Of a stretch of 64,000 nt of DNA, positions 41,373-50,344 are shown piece by piece. Position 1 is the stretch's first letter. Each line of letters starts with the position of its first letter. A program made the position numbers and the translations under genes. The notes beneath the pieces are model-generated. The model was not told the DNA's origin. It made no database searches and worked only from the letters and a program-made list of their open reading frames with translations. Origin of the DNA: an uncultured Verrucomicrobiae bacterium (GTDB lineage: Bacteria > Verrucomicrobiota > Verrucomicrobiia > Limisphaerales > Palsa-1400); NCBI GenBank assembly GCA_963702845.1, contig OY969763.1, positions 3,104,001-3,168,000 on the forward strand, written 5' to 3'.

Positions 41373-41930
41373 GTGAGCGATGTTACCCGGATTCTCCAAG
41401 CGGCCCGGAAAGGTGATCCTCAGGCTGCGAACGAGTTGTTGCCGCTCGTTTACGAGGAACTTCGACGGCTCGCCGCTCACAGAATGTCTAATGAAGCGGC
41501 TGGCCAAACATTACAAGCGACCGCTTTAGTTCACGAAGCGTGGCTGCGATTGGTCGGCACCGAAGACAAAAAATGGGATGGGCGCGCCCATTTCTTTGCC
41601 GCTGCTGCAGAAGCGATGCGCCGAATTCTAATTGATCGCGCGCGTCGCAAGAATGCGATCCGTCATGGGGGCGACCACCAGCGCGTGGAGCTTCAGGACT
41701 CAGACTTGCTTGCTGCAGCAACGGACGATCGTTTGATCGCCGTCAGCGAGGCGCTGGACAAACTCGCAATCGAACACAAGGCCGAGGCGGAGTTGGTAAA
41801 GTTGCGTTACTTCGTCGGAATGACCAACGACGAGGCTGCAGAAGCTCTTGGCATTTCGCCGCGCACAGCAAAGTATTATTGGACTCACGCCCGAGCGTGG
41901 CTTTATGCGGAGATCAATCGCACGAGCTAA
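41373..41930 (+). CDS. ECF sigma factor, TIGR02999/Sigma70_ECF type (kinase-associated)
   Basis: GTG start; LLPLVYEELRRLAA, TLQATALVHEAWLRL, HFFAAAAEAMRRILID and W..ARAWL motifs. Confidence 0.92.
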   Translation: MSDVTRILQAARKGDPQAANELLPLVYEELRRLAAHRMSNEAAGQTLQATALVHEAWLRLVGTEDKKWDGRAHFFAAAAEAMRRILIDRARRKNAIRHGGDHQRVELQDSDLLAAATDDRLIAVSEALDKLAIEHKAEAELVKLRYFVGMTNDEAAEALGISPRTAKYYWTHARAWLYAEINRTS

Positions 41931-42045
41931 CGATTGTCAGCGACTGTTGTCTCTCCCACCTGGACAAAATACCCGTCGTGCTAAGGCTTTTTCTTTTGAG
42001 GTTCGCGGAAGCTAACTGCATTTGTTGTTGAGCGACTGAGATGTT

Positions 42046-42197
42046 TCTCACCGAGAAAGGCCCGAATGGCGGGGGCGCTGCATTCCACCGGAATGAGTTG
42101 GCCGGTCAACCGAACCCTGCACCGCAGAGCTGATTGACAGGGAGAGATTCGAATATTTCGGATAAAATTTCAAGACGTAGCTGCACAATTTCCGCGG
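42046..42197 (-). repeat. structured dispersed element, copy D (with 57-bp extension shared with E)
   Basis: 42081-42197 is identical to 48128-48244. Confidence 0.9.
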
Positions 42198-42253
42198 ATA
42201 AACCCACAATGCTGCGCGCGTTCGCGCAGATATCCTGACCGCACACGTTAACA

Positions 42254-44233
42254 TCATCTTCGACATAAAATACGCGCGGCCTGGGTCCCCTGTTCCAGTC
42301 GTTCCGGCGTAAAGTTCAAACCGTAGTTGTGACAAATCCGTGTCATGTCTCGGCCCATCGCCAAATTCAGCAGCGCCGCCGTGAGTTCGTCCTCCGTATA
42401 GCCCTGCCTTTCCAATTGGCGAACAACCGCTTGTTCATTTGCCGACATGAAATGCAAGAAGTTCATGCCGCCTTGGGCGTAGCAGTAGAGGTAGAGGCCG
42501 ACGTTGTGATATTTACGGTATGGTGTCTCGTCGCGCGGAATACCGTTCATGCGATCCATAAACATCCATTTTGCCGGCTGCTCGGTGATCTGGTCAGCTC
42601 CGGCACAACGTGAGGTTTCGACGACCGTTTCGTGGAGGCCGCCGTGATGAAAACCAAAGTTATGTCCGAGTTCGTGAACGATGCCATGCTCGGACATTGG
42701 CGCATCGGAGAAGAATAACCTCGTACTGATGGTGATCCGAGTTCCGTTATGAACGCCAGACGCACCCCGGCGAGACGGATCAATGATGACCGCGGTAGAT
42801 TCCACGCGACGTCTTTTGCCAGCGGAGTAGTTCATGGCGGCAGCGAGCATTTCGGTCTGGGAGAGTAGATTTTGTGCATCTCGCGCAATGACAGCCGGCA
42901 CGGCCATTTTGAACGTTGGGGTCATCACGGTAACGCGCTGGCCTGTGGTGAATCGCGTCTGGCTCAAAAGACCGCGCGGTGATGTGATTTCCCAGACTGC
43001 GCCTGCGTTGGAACGAATTGAACCGGCGCTGGCCGAGAACAACATTTGTCCCGCTTTATCAGTTTCTGTTTCTTCCTCTTCTTCGCCCGCGCTCAGAGTC
43101 TCGACGGAGCGCAAGACGGGACGAGCCTTGATACGCTGTCCGTTCAAAGTGACGTAGACTTCCAAACTGATGGGGTTGTGCTGGTCATCAGATAATTCGT
43201 GCAGAATATGGCCATTGCCATCCACCAGATACAATTGGCCGATGAGTTTGGCTTCTCCCTTTTTGTTTGGTTCAGAAAGGATTTGATCGAGCCCCCCAGT
43301 GAGTGGCGAGTCCATGTTAAGGACAAAGGATTGGCCTGCATGAAGGTCGTATAATTGGCCGACAAAGTTTCCTCTCAATCCGGTTGCCACCGGGCCGGTG
43401 TATCCCACTGAAAACATTCCAGCAGTCAGCAAGACGGTCGCGTTGTCGCAAAGGCGCAGTTGCCCTTCCAAACCGAAGCTTTGCCGCCGAGCCCAGCGGA
43501 ATGTCACCTGGCCTTTTCCGCCTTTGCATTGCACGACGGCGGTTTTCTCCGGCGACGAGATTTTGCCGTCCGCTATTTGGCTGTTCGGGCTTCCCCAGCT
43601 CATTGCAAATCCAGGATGGTCGGCGGTTGCATCGCCTTCGGCCCACAACTGGAAATTGCCAGGCGGGATTTCCATTTGGACCGACTCTGTGGCCGCAGCC
43701 ATGCTGGCGCTGATCCAAATTGGAAAACCTTGCGGCTTGAGAAAGAGACGCTTTGGCGTGAGGACGGTATTGGCCGAACATAACGTCCAATGTTTCGTCG
43801 CCGTTGGAGCTAAACGAACGATTTCGCCAGCGGGCCTTTCGCGAAAGTCCGACCATCCGGCGGAGACGGTTCCATTTGTCTGCGCCAACGCAAAAAAGCC
43901 CCACTTACCCGGAGGCACTTTCGCTTTGACCATGCCGTCCACGCCTGTTTTTCCAAGGAACGACTCATCCCAAAGGATATCATTGCGGTTTTTTACCAGA
44001 CGATCCTGGCGCGGCCATATGAGATTCAGCTCACGGCAAAAACCGTAGATTGAAGCGCCTGAAATTGGTTTGCCGTCCGTGCTGGTGAATTTGAGGCTTA
44101 TGTCGCGATAGGCGAACTCGGGTAAGATCTCGGCGGCAAATGCGATTTGAACAGTTGCCGACCAGAAAAACGCCAGAGCGAGCACTAACGAGCGGTTGTA
44201 TTTGCACATGGAATAAATGTGGAATTCGGACAA
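42254..44233 (-). CDS. secreted putative zinc metallopeptidase
   Basis: Signal peptide; HELGHNFGFHH matches HExxHxxGxxH. Confidence 0.7.
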   Translation of the reverse strand: MSEFHIYSMCKYNRSLVLALAFFWSATVQIAFAAEILPEFAYRDISLKFTSTDGKPISGASIYGFCRELNLIWPRQDRLVKNRNDILWDESFLGKTGVDGMVKAKVPPGKWGFFALAQTNGTVSAGWSDFRERPAGEIVRLAPTATKHWTLCSANTVLTPKRLFLKPQGFPIWISASMAAATESVQMEIPPGNFQLWAEGDATADHPGFAMSWGSPNSQIADGKISSPEKTAVVQCKGGKGQVTFRWARRQSFGLEGQLRLCDNATVLLTAGMFSVGYTGPVATGLRGNFVGQLYDLHAGQSFVLNMDSPLTGGLDQILSEPNKKGEAKLIGQLYLVDGNGHILHELSDDQHNPISLEVYVTLNGQRIKARPVLRSVETLSAGEEEEETETDKAGQMLFSASAGSIRSNAGAVWEITSPRGLLSQTRFTTGQRVTVMTPTFKMAVPAVIARDAQNLLSQTEMLAAAMNYSAGKRRRVESTAVIIDPSRRGASGVHNGTRITISTRLFFSDAPMSEHGIVHELGHNFGFHHGGLHETVVETSRCAGADQITEQPAKWMFMDRMNGIPRDETPYRKYHNVGLYLYCYAQGGMNFLHFMSANEQAVVRQLERQGYTEDELTAALLNLAMGRDMTRICHNYGLNFTPERLEQGTQAARILCRR

Positions 44234-44243
44234 TCATCCGCGA

Positions 44244-44696
44244 CTACTTCAGTTCCTTCCACTCCACCAAATTCTTCCAGTCCGGTGAGCCTTTCGCATA
44301 GCCAGCCGCCAGTTTCGTTGCCTCATCAACTGAGAAAGTTTCCTTTTTCGAAACGAACACAACCTTTCCATCCGGTGAATGTTGAAATGAGAAATGACCA
44401 TCCTGTTCTGCAACGACCCGAATAAAATCCGCCGTTCCATCTGTTTTAATCACCAGCACCGGCCCAAAGTCGTCCTTGTGTGATGCCAATGCCGGACGAA
44501 TATCGGTTTCGATGGGGTTATGTATGATTTTATCGTTATCCTGGAATTCCAACGCGTAGGTCATAGAGTTGGTTCGTGTTGAGGTCATTGATGTTGTGTT
44601 TGTCTGTGCATTGCCATTGGTAACTCCTGAAAAGAACAACGCGCATGTGGTCAGTGTGAGTAATAGTGCTTTGATAATCGTCAGGAAAACTGTCAT
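44244..44696 (-). CDS. secreted hypothetical protein
   Basis: N-terminal signal peptide and Thr/Ser-rich linker. Confidence 0.72.
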   Translation of the reverse strand: MTVFLTIIKALLLTLTTCALFFSGVTNGNAQTNTTSMTSTRTNSMTYALEFQDNDKIIHNPIETDIRPALASHKDDFGPVLVIKTDGTADFIRVVAEQDGHFSFQHSPDGKVVFVSKKETFSVDEATKLAAGYAKGSPDWKNLVEWKELK

Positions 44697-44705
44697 TCGA
44701 ATATC

Positions 44706-44733
44706 TATAAAGAAAAGAGTGTGAAAGGTTACA
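44706..44733 (-). promoter_or_regulatory. putative ECF promoter TGTAACC-N15-TTTATA
   Basis: One of three copies with identical spacing; 9 nt before ATG 44696. Confidence 0.7.
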
Positions 44734-44750
44734 AACCGGGGATGAGAGCT

Positions 44751-46613
44751 TCACTGCGCGCAATACATTTGGATTTCGGCAGCGGTCAATGCCCGGTTGT
44801 AGATCGCGATTTCATCCAGCAATCCGGCGAAATACGTGTTGTAAGTGTAACTGTTTGTCGCTTCGCTGGGACGGTAACTGATCCAAATGTCGCCTTTCGT
44901 CTTTGGCGCAAAACTTTTCCAGGTTGATTCAGCGATGACCCGGCCATTCAAATACAGCGTGCCGGTGCCGGTCCCGCGATCGTAAGTAACGGCGACGTGC
45001 TGGAAAACATCCTTGATCACCACGCCTTGTGCCGACTTAAGCGTGTGATAATGACCCTCCATATCCACGATGATGGCTGTCAATTCACCTTGCGATTCCT
45101 TGCTTCGTGCCAACCGCAACTGCACGCCGATGGTGTGCCGTGCTGCGGATGGGGAATGCCATTCAAGAATTGGATGGAAACCATCTACATCCAGGGGTTT
45201 GATCCACATAGAGATCGTGAGGCCCGGTTGATTCTCCATATCCAACGAGGGGTTGCCGGGAATTCTCGCGTAGGAACTGGTTCCGTTCAGGGCAAAGGCC
45301 TGGCCGGTGTTGCCTTTCGCAAAAGTCACGTCTGTCAGCTCGGCGATATTCGTTCCCGCAGAATCAATCCCGTTCCCTTCACCGGACCACAACGCCACCA
45401 AACCATCGCGCGGGAGCGTGGCATTGGAGCTCAATTCGCGCACTGTTTTGAGTTGGGAAATAGGAACATTGACGTGCCGAGTTTCCGCCGGCTGGCTTAG
45501 TATTTTAATGGCGATGCTGATAAGAACAACTAGGCCGATCAGCACCGTCACTCCGGCGACCAGGCTAAAGGTAGAGATTTTCCTACCTTCGATTTTTGGA
45601 CTGGCCTGCGGTGGTGTTGCGGGATTGGCAGGAGACGTTTTCTTATTCGTTGATGGAGTCTCTTTCGGTGGCGTTGCCGCAATATTTTCCACTGCCGTTT
45701 TTATTTCGCTGACTTGTTGGTAACGGAGTTCCGGTTCCTTTTCGAGAGCGTGGAGAATCACTTCGTCCACGCGCGAATCGGTTTTCACCTTTTGTGACGG
45801 GAGTTGGAATTTCCCCAGCGGCAGCTCGCCCGTCAGCATTTCGTAAAACACGACACCGACTGAGTAGATATCCGCCCGGCAATCCACCGTCAGCGGTTTT
45901 TCCAATTGCTCGGGGGCCATGTAGTGCGGCGTGCCGACCACCTGATTGACACCAGTCAGCGACAGATCTTTCGGATCGGGATCCAAAATTTTTGCGAGCC
46001 CGAAGTCAGCAATCTTCACCCGGCCATCTTGATCCAGCAGGATGTTCTCCGGCTTGATGTCGCGATGGACGATGCCCCGCTCATGCGCGTATTGGAGTGC
46101 ATCGCAGATCTGCGGAATGATCGCCAGGGCTTCGGCGGGCGAAAATTGACCACTGCGGTAGAGCTGCCGCAGATTGAGACCATCCACAAATTCCATCAGC
46201 AGGTAATAATGCTCTCCTGCCTCGCCGAAATCGTAGACCGTTACGATGTGCGGATGTGTCAAAGCTGCAAGCGCACGGGCTTCGCGCTCGAAACGTTCGG
46301 CGAACTGCGGGTCATCTTGACGTTCCCGAGCAAGAATTTTCAATGCCACGAAGCGATCCAGGCGCAACTGTCGAGCTTTGTAGACCGCACCCATTCCGCC
46401 CTGGCCAAGCAGCGCGAGGATCTCAAGCTGCGGAAAGAGCCTGGCCAGCTCTTCCACTGCAGGCGGCACGAAAACCGACCCGCCGCGTGCCGGCTCGTTT
46501 CCAGCCCGACTCTCAAACCCGGTTTTGATGAGGCACTCCGGACACAGTCCCTGCGGCGCATCCGGGACGGATGGCTTCATGCAAACCGGACAGGTTGGTG
46601 TCGGATCAATCAC
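44751..46613 (-). CDS. Ser/Thr protein kinase with N-terminal CxxC..CxxC, TM helix and LamG/ConA-like domain
   Basis: CPVC...CPEC; GQGGMGAVYKA, HRDIKPEN and DFGLAK; QHVAVTYD...LYLNG...GLLDEIAIYNRALT. Confidence 0.93.
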   Translation of the reverse strand: MIDPTPTCPVCMKPSVPDAPQGLCPECLIKTGFESRAGNEPARGGSVFVPPAVEELARLFPQLEILALLGQGGMGAVYKARQLRLDRFVALKILARERQDDPQFAERFEREARALAALTHPHIVTVYDFGEAGEHYYLLMEFVDGLNLRQLYRSGQFSPAEALAIIPQICDALQYAHERGIVHRDIKPENILLDQDGRVKIADFGLAKILDPDPKDLSLTGVNQVVGTPHYMAPEQLEKPLTVDCRADIYSVGVVFYEMLTGELPLGKFQLPSQKVKTDSRVDEVILHALEKEPELRYQQVSEIKTAVENIAATPPKETPSTNKKTSPANPATPPQASPKIEGRKISTFSLVAGVTVLIGLVVLISIAIKILSQPAETRHVNVPISQLKTVRELSSNATLPRDGLVALWSGEGNGIDSAGTNIAELTDVTFAKGNTGQAFALNGTSSYARIPGNPSLDMENQPGLTISMWIKPLDVDGFHPILEWHSPSAARHTIGVQLRLARSKESQGELTAIIVDMEGHYHTLKSAQGVVIKDVFQHVAVTYDRGTGTGTLYLNGRVIAESTWKSFAPKTKGDIWISYRPSEATNSYTYNTYFAGLLDEIAIYNRALTAAEIQMYCAQ

Positions 46614-46648
46614 AGAGAGGCTCTAAATGTATCGTCGTTCTACGATGA

Positions 46649-46676
46649 TATAAAAGGAATCCGTCGAAAGGTTACA
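46649..46676 (-). promoter_or_regulatory. putative ECF promoter TGTAACC-N15-TTTATA
   Basis: Lies between the ECF gene and the kinase start. Confidence 0.7.
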
Positions 46677-46703
46677 CAATTCACACTGCTCATATGCGAA
46701 CGG

Positions 46704-47450
46704 TCACCGCGCAAGGATGGTGAACAAGTAGCGCAGTTCCTCATCCACATCGGCCGGACTGTTGACAGTGTCGGCGATTTCAGCCCGCAACAGCGCGCGA
46801 TAATTTTGACGCAATCGATGCACCGCCACTTTGATCGAACCCTCCGTCATATTCAATGTTGCGGCGAGAGTTTTGTACGGTTGCGCGTCGCGTTCTCCCA
46901 ATAGGCATGGTTTCAAAGCATTGAACAATTCACCCTTGCCCTGCGCTTGGTAATCGGCGGCGAGTCGATTCAGCACTTTGTCCAGCAAGGTCAATGCCCA
47001 GCGCCATTCGAAACTCTGTTCCGGCGTCGTTCTATCCGGCGGCAACCAACTATCTCCGCCGTCGGCAGCAGTGAACCGAACGGTAAAGACCTGGCCGCCA
47101 CCGCGTTTTTGGGTTCGGCTTTTGTCCCATTCGTTTGCGAGAAACGCGCTGGCTGATGTGAGCAGGAAAGACCGGAACCGCCCACGTTGCTGGTCGGCGC
47201 GCGCGATCCAATTGCGCTCAATCACCCAGGTGAAAAACGCCTGGGTCAGATCTTTGGCGTCGGCTTCGTTGTGTCCTCTACGTCGGATGTAAATATAAAG
47301 TGGTCGCCAATAACTCTGGCAAAGTTGCTCCAGGCTCGCGAGCCCGCGCTCAGAATCGTTCTGGCCAGCAGACAGCACTACCGACCAGCGAGTGGTGGCA
47401 AATATCGAGAGAGGCACCGCCTCTCCAGGGGCAACGTGATTCGTCGTCAC
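46704..47450 (-). CDS. PVC-type ECF sigma factor (FxTTRWS family, kinase-associated)
   Basis: FATTRWSVV, LCQSYWRPLY, DLTQAFF, RGRFRSFLL and KVAVHRLR motifs; GTG start at 47450 preferred. Confidence 0.9.
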   Translation of the reverse strand: MTTNHVAPGEAVPLSIFATTRWSVVLSAGQNDSERGLASLEQLCQSYWRPLYIYIRRRGHNEADAKDLTQAFFTWVIERNWIARADQQRGRFRSFLLTSASAFLANEWDKSRTQKRGGGQVFTVRFTAADGGDSWLPPDRTTPEQSFEWRWALTLLDKVLNRLAADYQAQGKGELFNALKPCLLGERDAQPYKTLAATLNMTEGSIKVAVHRLRQNYRALLRAEIADTVNSPADVDEELRYLFTILAR

Positions 47451-47595
47451 AATCGGGTATTGGCTCGCGCTCGAAAGACGATAATGCAAAGCATTCCGTT
47501 TTTGAATCAGAAACGAAAACCGTAGATCGCCCAAAGCCGTTTCCATAAGTGTTGTGCCAATCATCGTCAGGCATCTCCTGGCCGATTCTGTCTCG

Positions 47596-47623
47596 TGTAA
47601 CCTTTTACCGGCGTTGCTTTATA
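47596..47623 (+). promoter_or_regulatory. putative ECF promoter TGTAACC-N15-TTTATA
   Basis: 10 nt before ATG 47634. Confidence 0.7.
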
Positions 47624-47633
47624 TGGAAGGTGA

Positions 47634-48024
47634 ATGAATACACATTTGATCATTGCATCAGTCGGGGCGTTGGCAGGAATTGTCCCAGTTCTGCTTTTCA
47701 TCGCTATTTGGTTTATCCTCATTATCGGGGTGTGGAAGGTGTTCGCAAAGGGTGGGCAGCCGGGATGGGCGTGCCTTATTCCGATATACAACTTGGTACT
47801 GTCTGATCAAAATCGCGGGCAAGGAATGGTGGTGGCTACTCCTGCTCCTGGTTCCGCTGGTCAACATTGCCGTGGCCATCATGCTGGCCATCGCCATCTC
47901 ACGGAATTTTGGCAAGGGCGGCGGATTTGCGGCGGGACTAATCTTCTTGCCGTGGATTTTTTACCCAATCCTGGGATTCGGTTCAGCCCAGCACCAAAGA
48001 ATGTTGGACCCTGTGACGGCATAA
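47634..48024 (+). CDS. DUF5684-like membrane protein, frameshift near 47800
   Basis: WKVFAKGGQPGWACLIPIYN joins KIAGKEWWWLLLLLVP...FGKGGGFAAGLIFLP.IFYPILGFG in the next frame. Confidence 0.8.
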
Positions 48025-48127
48025 CGGCCATACGAACTGCTTGTTTGGTGTTTCCAGCAAGTTCGACGACGCCGAGGGTCTTTACAAAAAGTGCCCTGAA
48101 ATTGACCCGCGGAACCAAAATGTTCTA

Positions 48128-48244
48128 CATTCCACCGGAATGAGTTGGCCGGTCAACCGAACCCTGCACCGCAGAGCTGATTGACAGGGAGAGATTCGAA
48201 TATTTCGGATAAAATTTCAAGACGTAGCTGCACAATTTCCGCGG
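48128..48244 (-). repeat. structured dispersed element, copy E
   Basis: 117 bp identical to 42081-42197. Confidence 0.9.
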
Positions 48245-48371
48245 GTGCGCCCAGAATTCTGTCACTGCTCGCTCAGCGCTAAACTTAACTCGTGAAGGCC
48301 AGTTTGATCTACTGGTGTCGAGGTTGGGTTTGAAAGCTTGTTTGCGACTTGTTCCCGCAAACTTGAAAGTT

Positions 48372-48436
48372 AGAGCGATTGCCAAAATCAATTTCCGGAA
48401 TGGCAGGAGGGTTTTTGGTTTTTTGGCGATCGCTCT
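48372..48436. mobile_element. 65-bp mini-MITE
   Basis: AGAGCGATTGCCAAAA ... TTTTGGCGATCGCTCT 16-bp TIR (1 mismatch); related to 60386-60443. Confidence 0.65.
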
Positions 48437-48592
48437 CGTTTGGCAGATGGAATGGAACGATGGGAGCCGGGCAGTTGGCCCAAATCGAACAGGTGGGTGA
48501 TTCTGGAGAAGCAGGTAATCTTTCCACGCATGGCCGGACGAGAACGCCTGCGCTATCTTCAAAAGGTTCTGCCATAGTGCCAGAACGAATGG

Positions 48593-50344
48593 ATGATCAT
48601 GAAGGCACACGGTTTTTTCTCGCCTCCGGTATTTCCAGACGAGGACCTGACGCGACGGGTAAGGGTGCTTCATATCTTCCTTTTAGCATCAGCACTGGCA
48701 GTCACTGTGGTGGAGGTAGCGAATATTTTCCTCCTGCCACAAAACGCTTTCCGATGGGTGGCACTCATAGTGTGTTTTAATGCGTGTAGTTTTGTTCTTC
48801 TAAAATTGAACCAGCGTGGACGCACGCGTTTAGTCAGTTTCCTGCTGGTGGCCGAGTGCTGGCTGATCATAACGCTGCTGCTTGTAAATGGCGGAGGCGT
48901 TCATTCTCCAGCAACACAGGTGTATTTGTTAATCGTTTTCGGAGCGGGTCTTTTTTTTGGACTCAGGGCCGGAATTCTGGTGGGAATCCTTTCCTGTGGC
49001 ACAACATTGGTTTTTGTGATTCTTGAAAACAGGGGGCTGTTTCCTGAGGCTGTTGTGCATGACACTACCTGGTCTTTATGGGGGGAGCAGATTCTCTACA
49101 CGACGTTGATGATCTGCCTCCAGTTCCTCGCTACCAGCGCCATCGAAAGGGCACTGGAGCGCGCGCGACGTGAACTGGCTGAACGCGAGCGAGCGGAAAA
49201 ATCGCTGTTTGAGAGTGAAAAGGTGTATCGCCTCGTGGTTGAGCAAAGCGGGCAGATTGTCTATGACTACGACGTTGCCACCGACGCTATCATGTGGCGC
49301 GGTGCTATCGTGCATCTTACGGGTTATACGGTGGAGGAGTTTCGCCACATCGATATCCACAGGTGGGCAGGCCTTATCCATCCGGAAGATCGTCCCCGCA
49401 CGATAGCTTTGTTTGAGGAAGCGATGCGACGAGCCGGCACTTTTCAGGCGGAGTATCGTTTTCGCACCAAAAACGGCACTTATATTTATATAGAAGACAA
49501 CGGCATTTTTCTCACCGATGCTTCGGGGAAGCCAACGCGGATGTTGGGCACGAAGGCTGACATTACCGCCCGCAAAGTAGCCGAAGCCAGGAATCGAGAG
49601 CTCACGCGCGGTCTCGAAAAGCGGGTGCGGGATCGAACCGCGGAACTGGAGACAGCAAATAAGGATCTCGAAGCCTTCTCATATTCCGTTTCTCACGATT
49701 TGCGAGCGCCTTTGCGAGCCATTGAAGGTTATTCCAACATCGTGCTTGAGGATTATCGCGAAGGTATTCCCGTTGAAGCTGGTCGACTGCTGGAATCAAT
49801 TCGCTCTAATACGGGGCGGATGAATCGGCTGATTACCGATTTGTTAACCTTCTTCCGACTTAATCGACAGGCGTTAAACAAAACGATGGTGGATATGCAA
49901 GCGATGGCATCAGATATTGCAGAGGAATTGCGCAGCGAAGCCAAAGACCGTCAGATCGAAATCAAAACTACCTCGCTGCCAAAAGCTTTCGGCGATCCTG
50001 CGCTGCTCACGCAAGTCTTTGTCAATCTGCTTGGCAACGCCGTGAAATTTACGCGGGGGCGGACCGTAGCCGAGATCCTGGTATCCAGCATGGAGCAAGA
50101 TCACGACATAATCTATTTTGTCCGCGATAACGGGAATGGCTTCGATATGGAGCACGCAAACAAATTATTTCTTCCGTTTGAGCGCCTGCACAGTGAAAAA
50201 GAATTTGAAGGCACCGGCATCGGGTTGTCTATTGTGCAACGCATCATTCAACACCACGGGGGCCGCGTCTGGGCGGAAGGCATGATAGGAAAAGGAGCCA
50301 CGTTTTATTTTTCGCTGCCGAATCAGCCGCCATCGCCATCATAG
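48593..50344 (+). CDS. membrane PAS-domain sensor histidine kinase
   Basis: Multiple TM helices; PAS_3 (IHPEDR, EYRFR); FSYSVSHDLRAPLR, NLLGNAVKF and GTGIGL motifs. Confidence 0.93.
   Translation: MIMKAHGFFSPPVFPDEDLTRRVRVLHIFLLASALAVTVVEVANIFLLPQNAFRWVALIVCFNACSFVLLKLNQRGRTRLVSFLLVAECWLIITLLLVNGGGVHSPATQVYLLIVFGAGLFFGLRAGILVGILSCGTTLVFVILENRGLFPEAVVHDTTWSLWGEQILYTTLMICLQFLATSAIERALERARRELAERERAEKSLFESEKVYRLVVEQSGQIVYDYDVATDAIMWRGAIVHLTGYTVEEFRHIDIHRWAGLIHPEDRPRTIALFEEAMRRAGTFQAEYRFRTKNGTYIYIEDNGIFLTDASGKPTRMLGTKADITARKVAEARNRELTRGLEKRVRDRTAELETANKDLEAFSYSVSHDLRAPLRAIEGYSNIVLEDYREGIPVEAGRLLESIRSNTGRMNRLITDLLTFFRLNRQALNKTMVDMQAMASDIAEELRSEAKDRQIEIKTTSLPKAFGDPALLTQVFVNLLGNAVKFTRGRTVAEILVSSMEQDHDIIYFVRDNGNGFDMEHANKLFLPFERLHSEKEFEGTGIGLSIVQRIIQHHGGRVWAEGMIGKGATFYFSLPNQPPSPS

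Noticed and set aside
21482..48244. Hairpin element as a CRISPR array, tRNA/tmRNA att site, cobalamin riboswitch or group II intron domain V
   Set aside because: There is no repeat-spacer periodicity and no T-loop/CCA. The GGGAA and ACTGT cobalamin cores are absent, and it lies downstream of genes. The GAAA hairpin is too short for domain V and the AGC triad is not conserved in copy A.
48125..48673. ORFs sharing the peptide PTHSGGMQRPRHSGLSR (also 42048..42335 and 24237..24566)
   Set aside because: The similarity arises only from reading through the non-coding repeat; start positions are inconsistent.
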